From an uncultured phage cr115_1: a stretch of 40,000 bases of DNA. How positions within the stretch are numbered: position 1 is the stretch's first letter; each line of letters opens with the position of its first letter. The stretch lies in sequence record NC_055898.1. One strand, 5' to 3'. Below the pieces are notes generated by a model. It made no database searches. It had not been told where the DNA came from and saw nothing but the letters and a program-made list of their open reading frames with translations. Below are positions 19,987 through 27,605 of the stretch, piece by piece. Position numbers and translations under genes: made by a program.

Positions 19987-20015
19987 GGTGGGGAAACCCA
20001 CCATCCTCGTTTTTT
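19987..20015 (+). terminator. Rho-independent terminator
   Basis: GGTGGG-GAAA-CCCACC hairpin followed by ATCCTCGTTTTTT, immediately after the TAA of 19326..19979. Confidence 0.8.
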
Positions 20016-20065
20016 AAGACTAATTGTTTTACCAAAATAGACTAATCACATAATATATAGCTTTT

Positions 20066-20230
20066 ATGGACAGAAGTGTAATAATTGCATTAGTTATTTT
20101 TGTTTTTCTTTGGATTGTAATACTAAAATATTGCATTGAAACAAATGATTGGACTGGCTTTATTTACCTAAACGGTCTCGCTTTGTTGATAACAATATCA
20201 TGTATATGGACAGACAAAAATAATAAATAA
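20066..20230 (+). CDS. 54-aa small membrane protein
   Basis: MDRSVIIALVIFVFLWIVILKYCIETNDWTGFIYLNGLALLITISCIWTDKNNK*; two hydrophobic segments. Confidence 0.55.
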   Translation: MDRSVIIALVIFVFLWIVILKYCIETNDWTGFIYLNGLALLITISCIWTDKNNK

Positions 20231-20488
20231 ACTTTCAAAAAAACAAGAGAATAGCATAGCGAAAATAATGCGCTTGTTCTATAAAAAACTCAATAACTTC
20301 CCAAGACATTGAGGGCACCAGTTTCTTATAATAGTGTAGTTGGCAGACGTAAGGGCGTACTCAGCTGCCAGATGAAGCAGTGAATTCTGTGGACTGATAG
20401 AGAACGTGTGACATTCAGGCTATGCGTTGCGCAGTTATAAGTTTTAGGTGTAAAATGCAATTTAATCATTAACTAAATAAACAATCAT

Positions 20489-20572
20489 ATGGATAGAGAC
20501 ACAGAATTAGGTATGTTATCAGTAATAATCATGATGATAGTATTATATCTATCTATATGGTTATTTAACTAA
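20489..20572 (+). CDS. 27-aa membrane micropeptide
   Basis: MDRDTELGMLSVIIMMIVLYLSIWLFN*; one clear transmembrane segment. Confidence 0.4.
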   Translation: MDRDTELGMLSVIIMMIVLYLSIWLFN

Positions 20573-21077
20573 AAACAAACAGAGGAGTAGAAAACTGTGA
20601 ACTACTCCGTCTTTAAGGTGAGAATCCTTAACAATCCTGTGGGGCTTATATCTATCAAAAGAACTTACAGCAGCTTTTATATTAGCTTAGCTGGACTTTA
20701 TGATAGTATTAGTGCAGACGTTAAAATCAGGAACAACTATATTAGATGGCAATATTACCTTCTTCCAGTCGCAAATGTCATATAGTTTAATATAGCCAAG
20801 TTTGTTTCGTCCTTAGATTTACAGTATCTACCATTTGTTTATTTAATCATTGTTCGTTCTTAATTATACAGATTGATTAATTAAGAATAACAGTAAGCGT
20901 ACTGTTGTCAGTATATTTATATGTGAATATAGATATACTGATTGCACTCATTAAGGTAGCCTTCATGTGGCGAGTGTGTTAAGTAATAGGTCTAAAGAAT
21001 CTTCCAGTTTGTACCTATGAAAACTAATACCTTTAACCGCCAGCTCACGCGGTATATAAGACAGGATTGCCGGACCC

Positions 21078-21110
21078 GCAGGTGTAACGAGATAAATACC
21101 TGCATTTTTT
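21078..21110 (+). terminator. Terminator-like hairpin upstream of tRNA-Leu
   Basis: GCAGGT-(14 nt)-ACCTGC followed by ATTTTTT. Confidence 0.55.
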
Positions 21111-21151
21111 ATTAACCTTGATAATTATCAAGTTGTAAACTTTAATTTAAT

Positions 21152-21234
21152 GCCCAGATGGCGAAATAGGTAGACGCTAAGGTCTTAAACACCTTTGACC
21201 ATTGGTCGTGCGGGTTCGACTCCCGCTCTGGGTA
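21152..21234 (+). tRNA. tRNA-Leu (anticodon UAA)
   Basis: Acceptor GCCCAGA/TCTGGGT (G.U at 1-72), D-arm GGCGAAATAGGTAGACGC, anticodon stem AAGGT/ACCTT with loop CTTAAAC, long variable arm, T-arm GCGGGTTCGACTCCCGC. Confidence 0.92.
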
Positions 21235-21266
21235 CAATTAGTAATTAACATTAAAATCAATTTAAT

Positions 21267-21542
21267 ATGAAAGAAGAAAAACTTACAAGATTAAAAATTC
21301 TAAGAGCAATGTCATATAGACTCTTACATTTCCTTATAAAGGAAAAAATACTTAGTGTATTCTTAACAGAATGTTTACAGAATCCATATCGTGTATTACT
21401 TGTGGATAGAATATACTGTGATACTTTACCAAGTAATAAAATATATGAATTTGAGTGTTATTTTACATTTGCTAAATCAATTACGTTAACTGAAAGTATA
21501 TGGTGGAGATATGCATTTAAATACAGGGAGGAGTATTTATGA
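21267..21542 (+). CDS. Hypothetical phage protein
   Basis: 91-aa ORF, overlaps the next start. Confidence 0.5.
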   Translation: MKEEKLTRLKILRAMSYRLLHFLIKEKILSVFLTECLQNPYRVLLVDRIYCDTLPSNKIYEFECYFTFAKSITLTESIWWRYAFKYREEYL

Positions 21543-21850
21543 AAAGTCTAAATAGTATTACTAAATCTATAGTAGGTGCTATAATATTTACGCTTATAGT
21601 CATATGGATAGCTAATAGACTATCTGTTGCACGTGTTAACACAGCTACAGAGTTTTTAGACAATTATAAGAATTGTATAATAGTGAGAAAAGATAAGAGT
21701 ACAAACGACTATATACTTACTATTAAAAATCCTTATACTCAAGATATTAGATATCGAATTACTAATGTAGTTGTTCCTTCTGGATTATGGTATAACTATT
21801 CTATAGGAGATACCATTGGTAAGAAAAAGCAGATATATTTTAATCAATAA
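21539..21850 (+). CDS. Small membrane protein
   Basis: N-terminal hydrophobic segment SIVGAIIFTLIVIWIA. Confidence 0.55.
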   Translation: MKSLNSITKSIVGAIIFTLIVIWIANRLSVARVNTATEFLDNYKNCIIVRKDKSTNDYILTIKNPYTQDIRYRITNVVVPSGLWYNYSIGDTIGKKKQIYFNQ

Positions 21851-21854
21851 AAGT

Positions 21855-22223
21855 ATGAAAAGAGAAGAAATTAAATCTTACAAAGATGCTTGTAAAGTAA
21901 TAGGTAGAAAACCTAGAACTTATAAGGATAAGCATTTGAATCTGTATGAACAGCTTAGTACAATTATAGCTACTCTAAATTTCATTAGTAATGATAATAA
22001 ACCTTGGACACCTAAGTTCGATTATTATTACATCTATTCTTGGTTGCACAGAAAAGATGGATATAATAAAACTGCGGGTTTGTTCCATTTGTCTTCTAAC
22101 GATGGGTTGGCCTCTTCCTTTGCTGCTGTCGGGACTTCTCTGAAGATAAAAGAAGAAGAGGATGGAAATTACATAATGGAAAACTTTGAAGAACTACTCC
22201 AAGATTGGTTTTGGGGAGATTAA
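21855..22223 (+). CDS. Hypothetical protein (likely start MKREEIKSYKDACKVIG)
   Basis: Track ORF 21816..22223; the internal ATG at 21855 avoids overlap with the previous gene. Confidence 0.5.
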   Translation: MKREEIKSYKDACKVIGRKPRTYKDKHLNLYEQLSTIIATLNFISNDNKPWTPKFDYYYIYSWLHRKDGYNKTAGLFHLSSNDGLASSFAAVGTSLKIKEEEDGNYIMENFEELLQDWFWGD

Positions 22224-22248
22224 TTACTAATTTTAAAACATTATCAAA

Positions 22249-22713
22249 ATGGAAAATGAAATGATGGCGAGACCTAAACCGCCAAGAATAATAGTTTGGG
22301 TAGTATTAATAACTCTTGCCTTAATAGGCATGATGGGAGCAATAATTTACGCAGAGCGTGAAAACATTGCTAATTTCTTAAATGGTGTGAACCAAGAAGA
22401 AGTACAAGAAGATCCTCAAGTTATCATTGAGGAACCTGTAACAACAATACAGGATATTCTTGATATGCGTGAGCAAATGAGAGAAGACAGAAGAGTTGAT
22501 AGTGTATTTTTAGCTATGCCAAAGGTAGTATTAATTGATATTTTGATGCAACATGGTACATCGTTGTCTATAAAAGACATGATTTACATATATGAATCAA
22601 ACACATCAACGTACAACACAGTATTATCTGGGGCAAGAGCTCAAAAATATCTTGATGACTCTATACAAACTCATGTTATATCAACGGTTGTAAATGACTC
22701 TATTCAGAATTAA
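22249..22713 (+). CDS. Membrane-anchored protein, unknown
   Basis: PPRIIVWVVLITLALIGMMGAIIYA N-terminal transmembrane segment. Confidence 0.6.
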   Translation: MENEMMARPKPPRIIVWVVLITLALIGMMGAIIYAERENIANFLNGVNQEEVQEDPQVIIEEPVTTIQDILDMREQMREDRRVDSVFLAMPKVVLIDILMQHGTSLSIKDMIYIYESNTSTYNTVLSGARAQKYLDDSIQTHVISTVVNDSIQN

Positions 22714-22754
22714 AACCAAACCTTCTTTCTGTTTTAAATGAACATTAGAGTCTA

Positions 22755-22784
22755 GTATACTCAGTCTGTGAAGATAGAGTATAC
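22755..22784 (+). ncRNA. Perfect hairpin in a ~400-nt non-coding gap (22.72-23.11 kb)
   Basis: GTATACTC (22755-22762) and GAGTATAC (22777-22784) are perfect inverted copies with a 14-nt loop. Confidence 0.35.
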
Positions 22785-23115
22785 GTCCTCAGAAAATGAC
22801 AAGCATGTGGGGCATAGTAAATACTATAATGGCAGATTGAATTAGTAAGGCATACGTATGCATATGTAGAACAAACCATTTGATTAAATGTATTTATGAT
22901 TGTGCGAGACGTTAAAATCATGTACTCCAATAAGATTTAGTTTGACAGCTATTTCTGCTTATGAGTTAAAACTATAGTGAGAGTCATAGCGTAAGTAACG
23001 ATTGTAGTCGTTTATCTTTGTCTTATAACAAATGCTATAAACTAAGAGTTGGCACTAACTTAATTAAATCCTGAGTGTCCAGGCGTCATTATTAATCAAT
23101 TTAAACGTTTAAATT

Positions 23116-23379
23116 ATGGGAATATTATCAAAATTAACCAGAGCAATGCGTATTAGAAAAATACGCAGAGAAGCTAGGCAAAAAGCTTATGAAGCATTAT
23201 GCCTATCACCATTGAAATACTCTAGAGCAATTGCTGAAATAGATTGTGTTATTGATGGTCACAAATGGAGTAGTGAATTTGATCCTAAAAAGGAAATAGC
23301 TAAAGGCACTACTAAGAGAGTATACTGCAAACATTGTGGAGTATACTATCATACTCATACTTATAAAGAGAATATATGA
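23116..23379 (+). CDS. Small protein with CxxC...H Zn-like end
   Basis: 87-aa ORF ending TTKRVYCKHCGVYYHTHTYKENI. Confidence 0.55.
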   Translation: MGILSKLTRAMRIRKIRREARQKAYEALCLSPLKYSRAIAEIDCVIDGHKWSSEFDPKKEIAKGTTKRVYCKHCGVYYHTHTYKENI

Positions 23380-23603
23380 AAAAGTTAAGTAATGGATACC
23401 TAGAGACAACATTTAAAGTATTTTGTCGTAGTGATGATACTATAGTAGACGAAACAGAAGCTTATATTAAAATAGACTCTATAGTAGGAATATGTAGAAG
23501 TATTAAAAGTAATACTACAGATATAATACTTACAAGTGGAGATAGGTATACAACTACAGAGAATTTTGAGGATTTCTGTATAGATTTTTTTAAAGAAAAT
23601 TAA
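23376..23603 (+). CDS. Hypothetical phage protein
   Basis: 75-aa ORF. Confidence 0.5.
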   Translation: MKKLSNGYLETTFKVFCRSDDTIVDETEAYIKIDSIVGICRSIKSNTTDIILTSGDRYTTTENFEDFCIDFFKEN

Positions 23604-23627
23604 TTTTAATCAATAAAACTTAAACAA

Positions 23628-24026
23628 ATGAAACTTTTAATTATTGGATTTAAAGATGGAGTTGATGATGCGCTCATCGAAAATGGTGTACTTGCTCTTC
23701 AAGGTATAATGGGAATAGATGTTAAAGCTACTATCTACACTGAAGATGAATTTCTACCTACTAATAAAAACAAGAAAAAGCCTGTGAAAAGCGATTTTAT
23801 GGTCGCTATAGAAACAGTTAATGAAGTATGTGGAGGAGAATCAGACAGTATAGCTTTCCGTAGCTCTTTCTATACTCTTGTATTAAAAGGAGTAATACAG
23901 AGACCTATTCTTGAAGTACTATCATATGGTCCTAAAACTAGTAGAGATCTTGAATTTCTTTCTAAAAGAAAAGAAATGGAAAATATTGTAGAATATGCTC
24001 GTGTAGCTTTATCAATGATTTCATAA
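23628..24026 (+). CDS. Hypothetical phage protein
   Basis: 132-aa ORF. Confidence 0.6.
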   Translation: MKLLIIGFKDGVDDALIENGVLALQGIMGIDVKATIYTEDEFLPTNKNKKKPVKSDFMVAIETVNEVCGGESDSIAFRSSFYTLVLKGVIQRPILEVLSYGPKTSRDLEFLSKRKEMENIVEYARVALSMIS

Positions 24027-24065
24027 TGGGAAAGACATTCAAAGATAGTAATTATGCCATGAAAT

Positions 24066-24323
24066 ATGGCAATACTAAGAAAACAAGATCACGTAGAGCT
24101 AAATTACAGCCTTATGATCGTAAAGCTAGAGACTATGAGACTGATAAGTAATCAAAAACTTAAAGCAACAGTAAATAATCGTTTAAAGAACGATTGCCCG
24201 TTACAATGCAATAAAAAACATTGTGATGTATGTCAATTCAGAAATGACAAATCTGAATCGATTCCAACAGTAACTACTAATACTCCTTCGCCAGAGGTAT
24301 ACGGTAGAGATATGTATTATTAA
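24066..24323 (+). CDS. Hypothetical protein with Cys cluster
   Basis: NDCPLQCNKKHCDVCQFRN. Confidence 0.5.
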   Translation: MAILRKQDHVELNYSLMIVKLETMRLISNQKLKATVNNRLKNDCPLQCNKKHCDVCQFRNDKSESIPTVTTNTPSPEVYGRDMYY

Positions 24324-24552
24324 CCCTAAACAAGTTAGTATGGTGCAGTCAACCCAAAACTACTATTATCAACCAGATCCCTAATGGAAGCTTAGTAACA
24401 ACTAAGCTACTAAGCAAGAGTACAATGGACTATACAACGGTCAACCAGTATCTAATATTGGTCTAAGATGAAGGAAAAGGGTTGCCTATGAATAAGAGAT
24501 ACGAATAAGTAGGATAGTAGTTTTTTAAAGAAATTAAAGAAATTGACTGTTA

Positions 24553-24782
24553 GGTCTATTGAATCATCGTAAGACTTCCGTTCGAGTCGGAAATGCTCCA
24601 CTAAATTAAAACAAGGAAGTTATTAGGTTTCTTAGCCGTTAGGTTGCAAGTCCTATAAAAAAGAAACCCTTATCAATGGGGCATACAGGTTTTGATTGCG
24701 ATAGTGAAGGTAGAATAGGTCAATAAGCAGATAACTGGCAATACAAGTTATATTATGAACTATAGCCGTATTGCGGCGTAAG
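24553..24782 (+). ncRNA. ssrA: Probable circularly permuted (two-piece) tmRNA; outer boundaries uncertain
   Basis: Acceptor piece: P2 3' strand GGTCTATT (24553-24560), GAC, T-arm TTCCG-TTCGAGT-CGGAA (24576-24592), ATGCTCC (24593-24599), A. Coding piece: GGGGCAT (24679-24685), ACAGGTTTTGATTG, P2 5' strand AATAGGTC (24715-24722), tag ORF GGC AAT ACA AGT TAT ATT ATG AAC TAT AGC CGT ATT GCG GCG TAA (24738-24782). GGGGCAU pairs 7/7 with AUGCUCC, including G3.U. Confidence 0.65.
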
Positions 24783-24853
24783 TTCAAACGGCTAAGCTAA
24801 TGTCGTAGAAAGCTGGAGCATATCAGGCTAGATCAGACGTAAGGGCTGTGAAG

Positions 24854-24875
24854 GGTTCGATTCCCTTCAATGCTA
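24854..24875 (+). other. Second, orphan tRNA-like T-arm/acceptor 3' end
   Basis: AAGGG-TTCGATT-CCCTT followed by CAATGCTA; no canonical upstream 5' half found at tRNA spacing. Confidence 0.4.
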
Positions 24876-24900
24876 CAAAACTTTTAATTATCAAAATTAT

Positions 24901-25147
24901 GAGAACAGAAAAGCAAATAAAAGCTACTAAGAGAAATTTTGCTATTTTGTATCTTACTGGCTTATTAAAGATGCTAGATCGCATAGATTCTTGGACAAGA
25001 AACTATGCAATTAAAGGTAGCGTAAATACAGTCAGAAATAGTACTAAATATCTTATATTAGTATTAAAAGATACAAATATTGAACATTCATTTTATGGTT
25101 CACCTCAAAAAGATGTAAAGTATGAGTGTAAAGAAGGCAATCAATGA
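24901..25147 (+). CDS. Hypothetical protein (start MRTEKQIKATKRNFAILYL)
   Basis: Track ORF 24848..25147; the upstream part overlaps the tRNA-like element, so the start at the internal ATG 24901 is preferred. Confidence 0.5.
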
Positions 25148-25403
25148 CTTGATCCCACCTGAATGGGATTATGTTCTTAGAAAGAACAAAGTTCTAACAA
25201 AGTTCATAGATTATATGTATGAATTTTGCGTACCAATTTACTGGAGAAATAATAAGTATCATAGAAAAGCAATTGAAAGAATTCGATTTAAATTTAATCG
25301 AGGAATTTTAGATTGTATTGATGCTATAAATACTTCAGAAGGATATCATTTTTGGAAGAAAATTGAATTAGAAATAGAAACATATAAAGAGCAAATACGA
25401 TGA
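25122..25403 (+). CDS. Hypothetical phage protein
   Basis: 93-aa ORF; true start may be downstream of 25122. Confidence 0.45.
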   Translation: MSVKKAINDLIPPEWDYVLRKNKVLTKFIDYMYEFCVPIYWRNNKYHRKAIERIRFKFNRGILDCIDAINTSEGYHFWKKIELEIETYKEQIR

Positions 25404-25585
25404 ATAAAATTGAAATCATTCCTTGGGTTAAGTTTAATGATCCAGGAGTAAAACAAGAAATCGAAAAACTTGCAGAAAAGTCTACATCTAAAATGGATTT
25501 TCTTTCAAGAGTAAAAGATCAGTATAATTTATCATTATCTGATGCTAAAATTGTTGCAGACAAATTCTTTAAAAAGGAGGTATAA
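25400..25585 (+). CDS. Small protein resembling ribosomal L7/L12 C-terminal helices
   Basis: DFLSRVKDQYNLSLSDAKIVADKFFKKEV; weak resemblance to the L7/L12-type LKEAK.VV pattern. Confidence 0.4.
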   Translation: MNKIEIIPWVKFNDPGVKQEIEKLAEKSTSKMDFLSRVKDQYNLSLSDAKIVADKFFKKEV

Positions 25586-26044
25586 ATGTTAGAACTTAAA
25601 AGAGCTGGCTTATATATAGCCAATGGAAAAAACACAAGTGTTTTAGTAAGAGTTGCTGGTGAATATCCTTATTTACGAGTAATTAGTGGCGTTCTATTGA
25701 ACGATATGGAAAAAGACGGCACAGTTACTGTCTTAAAAGAAGATGATCCTGAATTGCAGGATATAGTATGTAATCCAAAGAACTATATCTTTGATCTTCC
25801 ATCTGTAAGTAGTTCTATTAAGAATGAAAATGGATTAAAGACTACTGAAAAGAAGTCTATCGAGTTTACAAATGAGCAATTCGATGAATGGGTTAATAAA
25901 TATATTAACTTTACTAAAATGTACCCAGAACAGTACAATGTCAAAGCTCAAGTAATGATTATCAGTGCAGGATTTAGCATATCTCAAGCTGATCTTATCA
26001 TTCAACAAATTCAAACAAGACTTCGTTTACGTGGTATTATGTAA
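25586..26044 (+). CDS. Hypothetical phage protein
   Basis: 152-aa ORF. Confidence 0.6.
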   Translation: MLELKRAGLYIANGKNTSVLVRVAGEYPYLRVISGVLLNDMEKDGTVTVLKEDDPELQDIVCNPKNYIFDLPSVSSSIKNENGLKTTEKKSIEFTNEQFDEWVNKYINFTKMYPEQYNVKAQVMIISAGFSISQADLIIQQIQTRLRLRGIM

Positions 26045-26050
26045 AGTATT

Positions 26051-26533
26051 ATGAAAGCATTTGAGTATTTACAAAAAAATATTAAGAAAGAATATTCTTT
26101 CTATCCTGGTACAATTATATCTTTAACTACTAAAGATGCAATTACTCCATTTAGACTTAACGAAAAGGAGTATTGTACTGGAAGAACTAAGATAGGTAAT
26201 CAGTATTATAATTTCCTAAAAGATGAATCTAGTGATGGTGCAATCTTTAGTGGATTACCTGATAATATCTATAAAAGAATAGAATATCCTATACTTAATA
26301 CAATAGCACAAAGAATCCAAGACAAGATTATGGTATTTGCTGTTAGTCATGCAGAGATGCAACAAACTAAAACTGAGTTAGTTCAGTTAAGAATAGCAAA
26401 TAGTATGATTATGAATCTCAAATGTCTTAGTTCAGATGATAGAATTCTCTGGGCTAATTGGATAAAAGAACTTTACTGGGAGAGAAAAAAGATACTACAC
26501 AGATGGTATCTAGAATATGTTTTACCATTTTAA
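26051..26533 (+). CDS. Hypothetical phage protein
   Basis: 160-aa ORF. Confidence 0.6.
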   Translation: MKAFEYLQKNIKKEYSFYPGTIISLTTKDAITPFRLNEKEYCTGRTKIGNQYYNFLKDESSDGAIFSGLPDNIYKRIEYPILNTIAQRIQDKIMVFAVSHAEMQQTKTELVQLRIANSMIMNLKCLSSDDRILWANWIKELYWERKKILHRWYLEYVLPF

Positions 26534-26592
26534 TTACTGAATAAGGATTAAAGTCATTGGGTTGGCTTTAGTCCACTAAAATCTAGCGAACT

Positions 26593-27141
26593 ATGAAAGA
26601 AGAAGAAAAGCTTCTTGTAGAGCAAGCTAGAGATGGTTCCGAAAGAGCTTTTAGTACACTTTATAATACTTATAAAAAGACTGTTTGGTATACTGCTTTT
26701 AAAGTAGTAAACAACGCAGATGCAGCAGATGATATAACATCCCAAGTATTTACTAAAGTATATTTAAAGCTTAAATCTTATACACATCACTTATCATTTG
26801 AGATGTGGTTAAAGACTATTACAGTTAATACTGCAATAGATTATATAAGAAGGAACAAAAAAGAGCAATTGAATAACTATATTGATGAAGAAGATTCTAC
26901 AATTCAATTAAATGGATTAGAGCATAGTCCAGAAGATAATCTTATATTTCAGCAAAATATAAATATTGTTATGGATTGTATTCCTCGTCTTAAGAAGAAA
27001 TATAGAGATTTAATTTATGCTCGGTTGGATGGAAAATCCTACCAACAAATTTCAGAAGAGCTTGCTATTCCAGAAGCGACTGTAAAGACGTGTTTGAATA
27101 AAGCAAGACAAAGACTGAGAGAGATGTTTAACAAATATTAA
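26593..27141 (+). CDS. RNA polymerase sigma factor, sigma-70 family, ECF-like
   Basis: AFSTLYNTYKKTVWYTAFKVVNNADAADDITSQVFTKVYLKLKSY (sigma2) and YRDLIYARLDGKSYQQISEELAIPEATVKTCLNKARQRLREMF (sigma4 HTH). Confidence 0.93.
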   Translation: MKEEEKLLVEQARDGSERAFSTLYNTYKKTVWYTAFKVVNNADAADDITSQVFTKVYLKLKSYTHHLSFEMWLKTITVNTAIDYIRRNKKEQLNNYIDEEDSTIQLNGLEHSPEDNLIFQQNINIVMDCIPRLKKKYRDLIYARLDGKSYQQISEELAIPEATVKTCLNKARQRLREMFNKY

Positions 27142-27157
27142 CCAATACTTACAAATT

Positions 27158-27523
27158 ATGGCAAATTCATTTGGTCTACTGTGTCTTGCAGTAGTAATTG
27201 GATTCATTGCTTCTATAGTAATGAAGGATGCCAAAGCTTTCGGCAAATTGATGGCCATCATGCTGATAAGCTTACTTGTAGGTGCAGGAGTAAAGGAGTT
27301 AGTAGACATTACTAATGATGATATTACTTCTGAGAAAACTGCAGTAGTTTCTACAGAATCTACTCCCATGCACAGTAGTATTTCTCCTTTTGTATTGGAG
27401 GATACTGTTGCTATTCCAGATTGTGCAAGTAAGGAAATAGTAGAGCGTGACAGTGTAGAAATTGAAGCAGAAGGAGTACCTACAAAACAGAGAGTGAAAA
27501 GTAGTTATATAGATGATTCATGA
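27158..27523 (+). CDS. Small membrane protein downstream of the sigma factor
   Basis: Two hydrophobic segments: GLLCLAVVIGFIASIVM and LMAIMLISLLVGAGV. Confidence 0.55.
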   Translation: MANSFGLLCLAVVIGFIASIVMKDAKAFGKLMAIMLISLLVGAGVKELVDITNDDITSEKTAVVSTESTPMHSSISPFVLEDTVAIPDCASKEIVERDSVEIEAEGVPTKQRVKSSYIDDS

Positions 27524-27605
27524 GAGTATATTACTCTCAATATTATTTATATATATCTACAAGTATTTAATCTAATTTACGCGTAAGGAGCGCATCATTA
27601 TCAAA

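Noticed and set aside
24444-24462. Bona fide suppressor tRNA(CUA)
   Set aside because: Only the anticodon-arm-like hairpin is convincing; no D-arm, T-arm or acceptor at normal spacing. Kept only as a finding to test.
24679-24876. Conventional one-piece tmRNA from GGGGCAT to ATGCTAC
   Set aside because: Less favoured, not excluded: it needs a G.A mismatch at acceptor position 2, an over-long T-stem/acceptor stack, and has no P2 3' strand near the T-arm. The upstream piece satisfies all three.
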